Assembly (NCBI GenBank): GCA_034423015.1
Contig: DAOUJG010000053.1
Span: 68,565-132,564 of the forward strand
Source: Dehalococcoidia bacterium
Lineage (GTDB): Bacteria > Chloroflexota > Dehalococcoidia > Lucifugimonadales > JAGWBF01
Direction: 5' to 3'
DNA length: 64,000 nucleotides
Shown here: one piece after another, positions 27,061 through 37,010 of the stretch
Layout of the letters: each line of letters opens with the position of its first letter
Position numbering within the stretch: the first letter of the stretch is position 1
Notes under the pieces: generated by a model
What the model was told of the DNA's origin: nothing
Seen by the model: the letters and a program-made list of their open reading frames with translations, nothing else
Database searches by the model: none
Program-made: the position numbers and the translations under genes

Positions 27061-28521
27061 TTACCCGACCGTTCCTTCCAGGCTGACCTTGAGCAGCTGT
27101 GAAGCCTCGGAGGCAAACTCGAAGGGCAGCTCCTTGAAGATGCCCCGGCAGAAACCGTTGATGATCATGTGCTGCGCGTCCTCGGCCCCGATGCCCCGCT
27201 GCTGCAGGTAGAAGAGCTGGTCCTCGCTGACCTTGGACGTGGTGGCCTCGTGCTCCATCTTGGCCGTGGGGTTGCGCACCTCGATGTAGGGCACCGTGTG
27301 GGCCCCGCACCGGTCGCCTATCAGCAGGGAGTCGCACTGGGTGAAGTTGCGGGCGTTGGTGGCAGAGGGCATGATCTTCACCAGGCCCCGGTAGGTGCCG
27401 TTGGCCTCTCCCGCCGAGATGCCCTTGGCGACGATGGTGCTGCGCGTGTTCTTGCCCATGTGCAGCATCTTGGTGCCCGTGTCCGCCTGCTGGTGGTTGT
27501 TGACCAGGGCGACGGAGTAGAACTCGCCCACCGAGTTGTCCCCCTGGAGGATGACGCTTGGGTACTTCCAGGTGATGGCGGACCCCGTCTCCACCTGGGT
27601 CCAGGATATCTTCGAGTTGACCCCCTGGGCCTTGCCCCGCTTGGTGACGAAGTTGTACACGCCGCCCCTGCCCTCTTTGTCGCCGGGGAACCAGTTTTGG
27701 AGGGTGGAGTACTTGATCTCCGCGTTGTCCAGGGCCACCAGCTCCACCACCGCGGCGTGGAGCTGGTGGGTCTTGCGGCTGGGAGCGGTGCAGCCTTCCA
27801 GGTAGCTAACGTAGCTGCCTTCCTCGGCCACGATGAGGGTGCGCTCGAACTGGCCCGAGTCGGCCTGGTTGATCCGGAAGTAGGTCATAAGCTCCAGCGG
27901 ACAGCGGACGCCCTTGGGAATGTAGGCGAAGGAGCCGTCGCTGAACACCGCGGAGTTGAGGGTCGCGAAGAAGTTGTCCGTGTAGGGGACGACGGAGCCC
28001 AGGTACTTCTTCACCAGGTCCGGGTGCTCCTGGATGGCCTCGGTGAAGGAGCAGAAGATCACCCCGTGCTTCTCCAGGGTCTCCTTGTAGGTGGTGGCCA
28101 CGGAGACGCTGTCCAGCACGGCGTCGACGGCGACCCCCGACAGCTTCTTCTGCTCCTCGATGGGTATGCCCAGCTTGTTGAAGGCGGTTATGAGCTCGGG
28201 GTCCACCTCGTCCAGGCTCTTGGGGCCGTCGGCCTTGGACGCCGGGGCCGCGTAGTAGATCATGTCCTGGTAGTCGATGGGCGGGTACTGGACGTTGGCC
28301 CAGGTGGGCTCGCCCCTGTCCATCTTGAGCCAGTGGCGGTAGGCCTTGAGCCGCCAGTCCAGCATCCAGTCAGGCTCGCCCTTCTTGGCGGATATGAACC
28401 TGACGATGTCCTCGTCCAGTCCCCGGGGGGCGGTGTCCGACTCGATGTCGATGACGAAGCCCCACTTGTAGTCCGATTCGTCCAGGCCGCTTTGGCGGGA
28501 GATCACCCTCTGTGAGGTCAT
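27061..28521 (-). CDS. sufB: Fe-S cluster assembly protein SufB
   Basis: 486 aa, colinear with SufB (…[11 protein letters not shown]…, C-terminal [14 protein letters not shown]). Confidence 0.95.
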   Translation of the reverse strand: MTSQRVISRQSGLDESDYKWGFVIDIESDTAPRGLDEDIVRFISAKKGEPDWMLDWRLKAYRHWLKMDRGEPTWANVQYPPIDYQDMIYYAAPASKADGPKSLDEVDPELITAFNKLGIPIEEQKKLSGVAVDAVLDSVSVATTYKETLEKHGVIFCSFTEAIQEHPDLVKKYLGSVVPYTDNFFATLNSAVFSDGSFAYIPKGVRCPLELMTYFRINQADSGQFERTLIVAEEGSYVSYLEGCTAPSRKTHQLHAAVVELVALDNAEIKYSTLQNWFPGDKEGRGGVYNFVTKRGKAQGVNSKISWTQVETGSAITWKYPSVILQGDNSVGEFYSVALVNNHQQADTGTKMLHMGKNTRSTIVAKGISAGEANGTYRGLVKIMPSATNARNFTQCDSLLIGDRCGAHTVPYIEVRNPTAKMEHEATTSKVSEDQLFYLQQRGIGAEDAQHMIINGFCRGIFKELPFEFASEASQLLKVSLEGTVG

Positions 28522-28538
28522 GCCAGTCCTTCAGGCGG

Positions 28539-28654
28539 TATTGTCGACCATTTTGGTCGGGAATCAGTATAGCACCGGCCCATGCCTGAGTCAACGGGTT
28601 TCGTAGTGTTTCCGTGCCCGGCGAGAGCTATTGTCGACCCCAGGGCTCGACAAT
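28539..28654. promoter_or_regulatory. two copies of a TATTGTCGACC-containing inverted repeat in the sufB / 2-hydroxyacid dehydrogenase divergent intergenic region
   Basis: Site 1 (28540-28564) is ATTGTCGACC-ATTTT-GGTCGGGAAT. Site 2 (28630-28654) is ATTGTCGACCCCAGGGCTCGACAAT. The shared 11-mer occurs at 28539 and 28629. Confidence 0.4.
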
Positions 28655-28822
28655 TTCCCGGTATGTGTCCTGCCGCGGAGACGGCGGCATTTCCCCGCAT
28701 TCGTCATGACCCCCGGGCCGGTCGGCGGTTGGAAAGGCGCGGACGCCTGCCCTACAATGTAACACGCTCCGCGCCGGGTGCAACCCGGGCAGGGGAGCAG
28801 TTGGAACAGAGGAGTGTCGAAT

Positions 28823-29809
28823 ATGGTCAGGCCCAGGGTGTTCGTGACCCGGCAGATGGACCGGGACGCGTTGGAGGTCATCTCCGCCCATGCGGAGATG
28901 ACCGTATGGCCCGAGGAGGACCCGCCGTCCCCGGAGCAGCTGCGGGAGGCGCTGGGGGGCATGGACGGTGTCCTGACCAACATCATGGACCGGCTGGACG
29001 GCGCGGCCCTGGAGAAGGCCCCCGGCCTGAGGGTGGTCAGCCAGCTTGCCGTCGGAGTCGACAACATCGACGTGGCGGAGATGACCCGCCGCGGCATCCC
29101 CGTGGGGCACACGCCGGGAGTGCTGGCCAAGGCCACCGCCGACGTTGCCTTCGCCCTCCTCATGGCCGTGGCCCGGAGGGTCGTGGAGTCGGACCGGTGG
29201 GTCCGCCGGGGAAGCTGGCGGATGGCTTTCCATCCCAACTACTGGCTGGGCGCCGACGTCAGCGACTCCACCCTGGGCATCGTGGGCATGGGCAAGATAG
29301 GGACGGAGATGGCCAAGCGGGCCCGGGGCTTCGACATGAGGGTGCTGTACCACTCCCGCACCAGGAAGCCAGGGGAGGAGGAGCGCCTGGGGATGGAGTA
29401 CACGGCCATGGACCGGCTGCTGGAGGAGTCGGACTTCGTCAGCCTTCACGTGCCCCTCACCGGGGAAACCCACCACCTCATAGGAGAGGCCGAGCTTCGC
29501 AGGATGCGGTCCACGGCCATACTGGTGAACACGGCCCGGGGGCCCGTGGTGGACGGCCGCGCCCTGCACCGGGCTCTGGAGGAGGGCTGGATCGCCGGGG
29601 CGGGCCTGGACGTGACCGAGCCCGAGCCCATTGCGGCGGACGACCCGTTGCTTGCCATGGACGGTGTGGTGGTGACCCCCCACGTGGGCAGCGCCTCCCG
29701 AGGCTCGCGGAGGGCCATGTGCATGCTGGCGGCCCGCAACCTGCTGGCCGGCGTCCGGGGGGAGCGCCTGGTCCACTGCTGCAACCCCGAGGTGTATGAC
29801 GGGGCATGA
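28823..29809 (+). CDS. D-isomer-specific 2-hydroxyacid dehydrogenase (glyoxylate/hydroxypyruvate reductase-like)
   Basis: ATG 28823 follows GGAACAGAGGAG. It has the NAD motif GIVGMGKIGTEMAKR and catalytic-region NTARG...D...AGLDV...EP...PH. Confidence 0.9.
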   Translation: MVRPRVFVTRQMDRDALEVISAHAEMTVWPEEDPPSPEQLREALGGMDGVLTNIMDRLDGAALEKAPGLRVVSQLAVGVDNIDVAEMTRRGIPVGHTPGVLAKATADVAFALLMAVARRVVESDRWVRRGSWRMAFHPNYWLGADVSDSTLGIVGMGKIGTEMAKRARGFDMRVLYHSRTRKPGEEERLGMEYTAMDRLLEESDFVSLHVPLTGETHHLIGEAELRRMRSTAILVNTARGPVVDGRALHRALEEGWIAGAGLDVTEPEPIAADDPLLAMDGVVVTPHVGSASRGSRRAMCMLAARNLLAGVRGERLVHCCNPEVYDGA

Positions 29810-29818
29810 GGAACTCCG

Positions 29819-30034
29819 ATGAGCAACACCATTTTAGCCGCCGACACGGCGCTGCGGCTGTCGCGCTATCTCGGTACGACCCCGCAGCTCTGGCTCAATC
29901 TTCAGAAGACCTTCGATCTGCGTGTGGCGCAGATAGAGACGGGCAAGCACATCGAGGACCTCGTACAGCTCAGAGGTACTGCGGAGATGCCTGGTAGCTC
30001 GGCCGGCAGCGCTATACCCTACCAGGAGCGGTAG
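29819..30034 (+). pseudogene. N-terminally truncated HigA-like HTH antitoxin remnant
   Basis: Only the second half of the Xre/HigA HTH is present (ADTALRLSRYLGTTPQLWLNLQKTFDLRVAQ). No HigB partner is present, and the 3' end overlaps the convergent thiD. Confidence 0.55.
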
Positions 30035-30819
30035 AAGTGGTTCAGGGGGCCGTGGCCCTGGCCCATGGGGAACGCCCTGGACATGGCCTCGGTGACGTAC
30101 TCCTTGGCCCCGGCCACGGCGTCCACGAGGTCGTGTCCCAGGGCAAGCCCGGCGGCGATGGCCGAGGCGAAGGTGCAGCCGGTGCCGTGGGTGCTGGCGG
30201 TGTCGACCCGCTTCCCCGGGAGCTCCAGGAACCTGCTGCCGTCGTAGTACAGGTCCACCGGGTCACCGGGCAGGTGTCCCCCTTTGACCACCACCGACCG
30301 GGCGCCCATGTCGAGGATGCGCCGGGCCGCCCGCCGGGCGTCCTCCCCCGAGCGGACCTCTATTCCGGTCAACGTCTCCGCCTCGGGGACGTTGGGGGTC
30401 ACGACGGCGGCCAGGGGCAGCAGGGTCGACCTCAGGGCGTCCACCGCCTCCTCCCGCAGCAGCCGGTCGCCGCTCTTGGCGACCATCACGGGGTCCACCA
30501 CCAGCCGGGTCACGCCCAGACGGCGCATCTCGGCGGCCACGGTCTTGATGATGGCGCTGCTGGACAGCATCCCGGTCTTGACGGCGTCGGCGCCCAGGTC
30601 CGTCATGACGGCCTGGACCTGGGCCGCGATCATCTCCACGGGCACCTCGTGGACGCCGGTCACGGCCACCGTGTTCTGGGCGGTGACGGCTGTGACCACC
30701 GAGGTCCCGTACACGCCGAAGGCGGCGAAGGTCTTCAGGTCGGCCTGAATTCCCGCGCCGCCCCCCGAGTCGGACCCGGCGATGGTCATGGCCCTGGGGA
30801 CTCGGTCTACTCCGGCCAC
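30019..30819 (-). CDS. thiD: hydroxymethylpyrimidine / phosphomethylpyrimidine kinase
   Basis: TIAGSDSGGGAGIQADLKTF and GTGCTFASAIAAGLA motifs. The start is ambiguous between GTG 30819 and ATG 30789. Confidence 0.9.
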   Translation of the reverse strand: MAGVDRVPRAMTIAGSDSGGGAGIQADLKTFAAFGVYGTSVVTAVTAQNTVAVTGVHEVPVEMIAAQVQAVMTDLGADAVKTGMLSSSAIIKTVAAEMRRLGVTRLVVDPVMVAKSGDRLLREEAVDALRSTLLPLAAVVTPNVPEAETLTGIEVRSGEDARRAARRILDMGARSVVVKGGHLPGDPVDLYYDGSRFLELPGKRVDTASTHGTGCTFASAIAAGLALGHDLVDAVAGAKEYVTEAMSRAFPMGQGHGPLNHFYRSW

Positions 30820-31463
30820 GCCTCCCCCTTGTAGGCCATCTCCCAGAACATGTACTCGTACCTCAGGGTGGCGAGGAAGGTGCGCTCCAGGTGGGCGCCG
30901 TGGCCGATGCGGGCGCCGTCCAGGGTGCTACGGAGCCACGCCACGAAGTCGCCCAGCTCCTTGCCGGCGTGTATGTCGATCCAGAGCTGGTAGTGCCTGT
31001 TGGCCGGGCGCTTGCCCGCGGCGTCCAGCCGCTGGGCCCAGTCCAGGTAGGGCCACTCGATGCCCAGCAGGGTGGTGAGTATCTCGTGGAAGGAGCCGTC
31101 CCGGGCCACCTGGCGCAGGAACCCGTTCTGGGCGTGGGAGGTGGGCAGGTATTGCAGGTCCGCTACGTCTGCCGCCGACAGTCCCTTCTCGCGGAAGTAG
31201 TCCCGGAACATCCCCTCCTCGGCGCCCAGCGCGCCGTGGACGAAGGCCGCCAGGGGCCGGGCGTGGTCGAAGTCGGGCGCCTTGACGACCCCGGCGCACA
31301 TGAGGGCTATCCAGGGTTTCAGGAACAGGTAGTCCTGCCGGAAGTAGACGTCCCACTTGTCGGCGGGCAGGGTCCCCTCCCCAAGCTCCAACACGAAGGG
31401 GTGGGTGACGGTCCGCTCCCACAGGCCCCCGACGCTGCTCCTGAGGTCGTCGCTCAACGCCAT
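30807..31463 (-). CDS. tenA: TenA-family thiaminase II / aminopyrimidine aminohydrolase
   Basis: ATG 31461-31463. HPFVLELGEGTLPADKWDVYFRQDYLFL is typical of TenA. Confidence 0.85.
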   Translation of the reverse strand: MALSDDLRSSVGGLWERTVTHPFVLELGEGTLPADKWDVYFRQDYLFLKPWIALMCAGVVKAPDFDHARPLAAFVHGALGAEEGMFRDYFREKGLSAADVADLQYLPTSHAQNGFLRQVARDGSFHEILTTLLGIEWPYLDWAQRLDAAGKRPANRHYQLWIDIHAGKELGDFVAWLRSTLDGARIGHGAHLERTFLATLRYEYMFWEMAYKGEAWPE

Positions 31464-31477
31464 ATCGTCACCTCGCC

Positions 31478-32557
31478 CTACTGGGCTCCCTCCACGAACC
31501 TGTTGGTGAAGGCGGCGGCGCCGTCCACGGGCTCGGGCACCTGACCGTTGTCCAGGAGCCACTGGGCGAACCCGGACCATTTCTCCAGGGTCTGCCACCC
31601 CACGGGCTGGTCGGTCTTCCACAGGGGCGCGATGACCCGGATGCCGGGGCGCTCGATGGCCTCGTCGACCTCCTCCTCGGTGCGCTCCAGGAGCACCTCC
31701 ACGGCGGCGTCGGGGTCCGCGGCGGCGTCGGCGTAGCCCTTGACGACGGCGCGGACGAACCTCTGCACAAGGTCCGGGTCCTCCTCAACCATCTTCTCGC
31801 TGGCCACCATCACCAGCTCGTAGTAGTCGGGCACTCCCCACTGCTCCAGGCGCATGACGTCGACGGGGTATCCCTGGTTCTCCATGAGTATGGACTCGTG
31901 GCTGAAGTAGCACCCGATGCAGGCGTCCACCGTGCCGCTGATGAGGCTCTCGGCCAGGTTGAAGCCCACGTTGACCAGCTCCACCTCCTCCAGCCCCCCG
32001 GCCACGCCGTCGTACTTGAGCATGGTGTCCAGCAGGGGCTCGTTGGTGGGTATCCCGGGATATCCGACCTTCCTGCCCGCCAGGTCTGCCGGGCGGGATA
32101 TGCCCGACGCCTTGAGGGACTGGACCGAGTTGAGGGGGTGCTGCACCAGCCCTATCACGGAGACGACGGGCACCCCCTGGGACCGGGCGATGAGGACGTC
32201 CGGCTGGTAGTTGATGCCGAAGTCGTCGGCCCCCGCCGCCACCGTCTGGTTCACCGTGGAGGGGTCCACCGGGGTGTACATCTGCACCTCGAGGCCCTCG
32301 TCGGCGAAGTAGCCCTTCTCCTGGGCCATGTAGAGGCCCGCATGGTTGGCGTTGGGGTACCAGTCCAGGGCCAGCCGGATTGAGACCGGCTCCGGCGTGG
32401 ACGTGGGCGCGGGCGTAGGCACGGTGGTGGCGGTGGGGACCGGCGCCTCCGTGGGAGCGGGCGTCGGCACAGGGGTGGGAGTAGGGGATGCGCAGGCGGC
32501 CGCCGCCAACAGCACCGGTATGATCGCCAGGAGCACCAGCCTGAGCCTTGCTAGCAT
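31478..32557 (-). CDS. NMT1/THI5-like substrate-binding lipoprotein (ThiY-like)
   Basis: ATG 32555-32557. It has lipobox AAAC and a Pro/Thr linker. LALDWYPNANHAGLYMAQEKGYF is typical of the NMT1/THI5 family. Confidence 0.85.
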   Translation of the reverse strand: MLARLRLVLLAIIPVLLAAAACASPTPTPVPTPAPTEAPVPTATTVPTPAPTSTPEPVSIRLALDWYPNANHAGLYMAQEKGYFADEGLEVQMYTPVDPSTVNQTVAAGADDFGINYQPDVLIARSQGVPVVSVIGLVQHPLNSVQSLKASGISRPADLAGRKVGYPGIPTNEPLLDTMLKYDGVAGGLEEVELVNVGFNLAESLISGTVDACIGCYFSHESILMENQGYPVDVMRLEQWGVPDYYELVMVASEKMVEEDPDLVQRFVRAVVKGYADAAADPDAAVEVLLERTEEEVDEAIERPGIRVIAPLWKTDQPVGWQTLEKWSGFAQWLLDNGQVPEPVDGAAAFTNRFVEGAQ

Positions 32558-32601
32558 GTTCAGCCTCCCTAGTGTGTGTTGTTGTCCAACGTTGGGTCCC
32601 G

Positions 32602-33434
32602 CTATTCCAGGCCCGGCACGCGGTTGCGGCGGGCGTCGTGGTACCAGGGCAACAGCCGCCTCTCGGCCAGGGCCGCGACCAGGAAGAGGGCTATCCCCAT
32701 CAGGCACAGCAGGAAGATGGACGCCAGGACCCGGTCGGTGAGGAACTGGGACTTGGACCGGATGGCCAGGTAGCCCAGCCCCTCGCTGGAGCCGACCCAC
32801 TCTCCCACGACGGCGCCGATGACGCTGGCCGTAACGGCTATCTTGATCCCCGAGAAGAGGGACGGCAGGCTCGACGGCACCTGCACCTTGGCGAAGATCT
32901 GCCGGCGGCTGGCGCCCAGGGCCCGCAGCAGGCTGACCATGTCCGGGTCGGCGGAGCGCAGGCCGTCGGCGGTGTTGACCACTATGGGGAACAGGGCGAT
33001 GAGGGCGACCACGATGACCTTGTGCTGCATGCCGTACCCGACCCAGATGAGGAGCAGGGGCGCGATGACGATCCAGGGCACCGTCTCCGAGGCGATGACC
33101 GGCGGGTACAGGACCCGGGCCATGGTGGAGGATATGGAGATCAGGCCGGCCAGCGTCACGCCCGCGACCAGGGCGATGGCGAAGCCCGCCAGCACCTCCG
33201 CCAGGGTGACCCACGTATGGGAGGCAAGCAGGGCCCTGGCCTCCCACATCTCCACGGCGACCCCCGAGGGCGGCGGCAGCTTCCAGCCCGGGACGTCGTT
33301 GACCGCCACCAGGACCTCCCACGCCCCGATCACGACCCCCGCGACCAGGACCGCCGGAAGCCACCGGCGGAGGATGGCCAGACCCCGGGAGAGCGTTCCG
33401 GGCCCGGCCTCGGCGTCCCGGGCGGCGTCCACGG

Positions 33435-33438
<4 letters not shown>
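32602..33438 (-). CDS. ABC transporter permease (NitT/TauT family)
   Basis: ATG 33436-33438 overlaps the ATPase stop by 4 nt. It has multiple TM segments and the EAA-like loop ...DGLRSADPDMVSLLRALGASRRQIF... Confidence 0.85.
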
Positions 33439-34247
<809 letters not shown>

Positions 34248-34253
34248 TGCGTC

Positions 34254-34290
34254 AAAAAGAGGAAGGCCGCCATTCAGGTATGGCGGCCTT
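34254..34290 (-). terminator. intrinsic terminator (expression platform of the TPP riboswitch)
   Basis: On the mRNA, AAGGCCGCCAUaccugaAUGGCGGCCUU (an 11-bp perfect stem) is followed by CCUCUUUUU. It ends 7 nt before the ATPase ATG. Confidence 0.75.
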
Positions 34291-34320
34291 ACCAAACTCA
34301 AAGACTGCACCGGACGCCAA

Positions 34321-34407
34321 TTCCCTACGCTGGCATTACCCAGATCAGGTCGCAAGGGTCGACGGCATCGACGGCCGCCCTCTCAGCCTGGCTAAACCAA
34401 GCTCCCC
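34321..34407 (-). promoter_or_regulatory. TPP (THI-box) riboswitch aptamer
   Basis: The mRNA reads GGGGAGC...GCCAGGCUGAGAGGGC...ACCCUUGCGACCUGAUCUGGGUAAUGCCAGCGUAGGGAA. It contains the conserved CUGAGA, ACCUGAUCUGGnUAAUGCCAGCG and AGGGAA blocks. Confidence 0.9.
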
Positions 34408-35129
34408 TACGGGCCTAGCTGTTCGATTGTGCGCGTATTATAGGTTCCGTGCCGGGAGGTGTCAACAGAGGCCCTTCCCGTCGCGCACAGGTCGCGGAGG
34501 CAGCACTCGTCGCAAAGGGGCGTCTTCTTGCACGTCTCCTTGGCGTGCCGGTCCAGCAGGGCGTGGTACTCGTTGAAGAGGGACGGGTCGTGGGGCAACG
34601 CGTCGTGGAAGAGCCGCTGGTAGTCGCCGTAGAGTCCCCTGTCGGGGGCCAGGCCCATGCGGCCCAGGATGCGGCGGGTGTAAGAGTCGATGACGAAGGA
34701 GGGTCGTCCCGCGGCGTACAGGAGGATGTCGTCGGCCGTCTCGTCGCCGATGCCGTGGATGGAGAGCAGCTCTTCCCGCAGGGCCCCGGTGTCGCCGGAG
34801 AGGAGCGCCTCCAGGTCGCCGTCGTGGCGGTCCCACAGGTGGTCGATGAAGGCCTTCAGCTTTCGCGCCTTGGCGTTGAAGTAGCCCGAGGGCCGCACAA
34901 GCTCCGCCAGGCGCTCCTCGGGGCAGGCCCGGAGGCCGCGAGCCGACATGAGCCCGGCGTCCCTCAGGTTGGCCAGGGCCTTCTCCACGCCCGTCCATGC
35001 CACGGCCTGGGTCAGGATGGCCCCCAGGACCACCTCCAGGGGCGTCTCCGCGGGCCACCAGTGCTGGGGGCCGTAGCGCAGGTACAGGCGTCGGTACGTC
35101 TCCATCAGGACGCCGGTGTCCTCCGCCAT
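34407..35129 (-). CDS. endonuclease III-like HhH-GPD DNA glycosylase family protein
   Basis: It has the HhH region LLSIHGIGDETADDILLY and the 4Fe-4S loop C-x6-C-x2-C-x5-C (CKKTPLCDECCLRDLC). Confidence 0.8.
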   Translation of the reverse strand: MAEDTGVLMETYRRLYLRYGPQHWWPAETPLEVVLGAILTQAVAWTGVEKALANLRDAGLMSARGLRACPEERLAELVRPSGYFNAKARKLKAFIDHLWDRHDGDLEALLSGDTGALREELLSIHGIGDETADDILLYAAGRPSFVIDSYTRRILGRMGLAPDRGLYGDYQRLFHDALPHDPSLFNEYHALLDRHAKETCKKTPLCDECCLRDLCATGRASVDTSRHGTYNTRTIEQLGP

Positions 35130-35848
35130 CAGCCGAGCCTCATGCCGAGGGGGTCCGTCAGGACCACCTCCCCTTCTGTCACGCGACAGCGGTAAGCGTA
35201 TGCCTCGACGCCCCGGTCCAGGGACTCCCGCAACGTGAGGCCGAACTCGGGGTCGGCGTCGTCGTTGGGGGAAAAGGTGTCGGCGTCCTCCCTCTGGACG
35301 ACGAAGACCACGGCGGCGCGGTGTCCGTCGGCCACGGCCTGGGCCAAGCTTAGCATGTGCTTGCGGCCCCTGATCGTCGGGGCGTCGGGGAAGAGGCCGA
35401 CGCCGCCCTCCACGAGCGTCACCGACTTGGTCTCCACGTAGCAGGCGCCCTTTGGGCCGTGCAGGGCCAGGTCCAGGCGGCTCTCGCCGTAGCGGACCTC
35501 GGGCCTGATCTCGTCGAGTCCCGCGAACTGGGGCAGACGCCCGTCCCGCAGGGCCTCCCAGACGAGGCGGTTGGGGAGCCTGGCGTCGGCCGATGCCAGG
35601 GCGTGCCCCAGGTCGACCATGGCGAGGTCGAAGGCCGTCTTCCTGTGGTTCCCGGCCACGGGGCGCAGGAGCACCCGGCGCCCGGTCACCAGCAGCTCCC
35701 GCATCCTGCCCGAGTTGGCGACGTGGACCAGGGTCTCGTCGCCGCCCAGGTCCACGGTGGCGGCGAAGCGGTTGACGCGCCGGATGAACCGGGCTTCAAC
35801 CATCCCATCGAAACGCAAGCCTTGCCCCCCCTGCGAGATTGGCCACAT
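35129..35848 (-). CDS. sfsA: SfsA-family (sugar fermentation stimulation) nuclease-like protein
   Basis: ARFIRRVNRFAATVDL...VHVANSGRM...YVETKSVTL...FPDAPTIRGRKH is typical of SfsA. The start at ATG 35848 is approximate. Confidence 0.85.
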   Translation of the reverse strand: MWPISQGGQGLRFDGMVEARFIRRVNRFAATVDLGGDETLVHVANSGRMRELLVTGRRVLLRPVAGNHRKTAFDLAMVDLGHALASADARLPNRLVWEALRDGRLPQFAGLDEIRPEVRYGESRLDLALHGPKGACYVETKSVTLVEGGVGLFPDAPTIRGRKHMLSLAQAVADGHRAAVVFVVQREDADTFSPNDDADPEFGLTLRESLDRGVEAYAYRCRVTEGEVVLTDPLGMRLG

Positions 35849-35957
35849 GGTAGCAATACGGGCGGGCCCCGGCAACGCTCCCTCCAAGGGCCGTGCCGCC
35901 TTTCGTGTTCGCATCTTCATGGGCACCCCGTTCATGGTCAAAGGCAGGAGCGCCGCG

Positions 35958-35966
35958 TATAATGGG
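35958..35966 (+). promoter_or_regulatory. -10 element TATAATGGG upstream of pyrF
   Basis: TATAAT plus GGG lies 20 nt before ATG 35986. TGGTCA sits 17 nt upstream as a possible -35. Confidence 0.45.
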
Positions 35967-35985
35967 ACGGGAGGGTCTACCGCCA

Positions 35986-36816
35986 ATGGCGTCTTTTCGA
36001 GACAAGCTGGATGCCGCCTGCCGGGCTAACCGCAGCCTCCTTTGCGTGGGTCTCGATCCCGACCCCCGGCGGATGCCGGTGCCCGACGTGTTCCAGTTCA
36101 ACCGGGCCATCGTGGACGCCACCGCCGACTTGGTGTGCGCCTACAAGCCCAACCTGGCCTTCTACGAGGCCCTGGGCCTCCCGGGCCTGGATGCGTTGCA
36201 GAGGACGGTGGAGCATATTCGCAGTCAGGCCCCGGGGGTCGTGGTGATCGGCGACTCCAAGCGGGGGGACATCGGCCCCAGCGCTCAGGCCTACGCCACG
36301 GCCCTGTTCGGCGTCTGGGGCTTCGACGCCACGACGGCCAACGCCTACGGCGGCGGCGACACCCTGCAACCGTTCCTGGAATGGCCCGACCGAGGGGTCT
36401 TCATATGGTGCCGCAGCTCCAACCCGGGCGCGGCGGACCTCCAGGACCTGCGGGTGGACGGCAACGGGACCCCCGTGTACCAGGAGCTGGCGGCAAGGTC
36501 GGGGATGTGGGCCGGCAACGGCAGCGTGGGCCTGGTGCTGGGCGCCACCTATCCCCAGGAGCTGAGGAGAGTGCGCGAGCTGTGCCCGGAGGCGCCCTTT
36601 CTCATCCCCGGCGTCGGCGCCCAGGGGGGCGCGCTGGCCGAGGCGGTGTCCGGCGGCACCGACGCCAACGGCCGCAACGCCGTCATCAACTCTTCCCGGG
36701 GCGTGCTGTACGCCTCCCGGGGCGAGGACTTCGCCCGGGCCGCCCGGGATGCGGCGGCGCGGCTCAGGGACGAGATTGACGGCGTGCTGATACGGGAGGG
36801 TGTGGGGTGGTCCTAG
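35986..36816 (+). CDS. pyrF: orotidine 5'-phosphate decarboxylase (type 2)
   Basis: [18 protein letters not shown] and GDSKRGDIG motifs. Confidence 0.9.
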   Translation: MASFRDKLDAACRANRSLLCVGLDPDPRRMPVPDVFQFNRAIVDATADLVCAYKPNLAFYEALGLPGLDALQRTVEHIRSQAPGVVVIGDSKRGDIGPSAQAYATALFGVWGFDATTANAYGGGDTLQPFLEWPDRGVFIWCRSSNPGAADLQDLRVDGNGTPVYQELAARSGMWAGNGSVGLVLGATYPQELRRVRELCPEAPFLIPGVGAQGGALAEAVSGGTDANGRNAVINSSRGVLYASRGEDFARAARDAAARLRDEIDGVLIREGVGWS

Positions 36817-37010
36817 AGCTCCGGCTGGGCGACGTCCTGCGCTTGAAGAAGGCCCACCCCTGCGGCAACGACCTGTGGGAGGTGGTGCGTCTCGGCGCGG
36901 ACATCGGCCTCCGATGCCGGAAGTGCGGGCGCCGTACCCTGCTGGAACGTCCCTACCTGGAGCGGAGGGTGCGCGAGGTGCGCCGGGGCGCGGGGGTGAC
37001 GGGTGAGTAG
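36807..37010 (+). CDS. DUF951-family small protein
   Basis: [31 protein letters not shown] matches my recollection of DUF951. Confidence 0.7.
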   Translation: MVLELRLGDVLRLKKAHPCGNDLWEVVRLGADIGLRCRKCGRRTLLERPYLERRVREVRRGAGVTGE

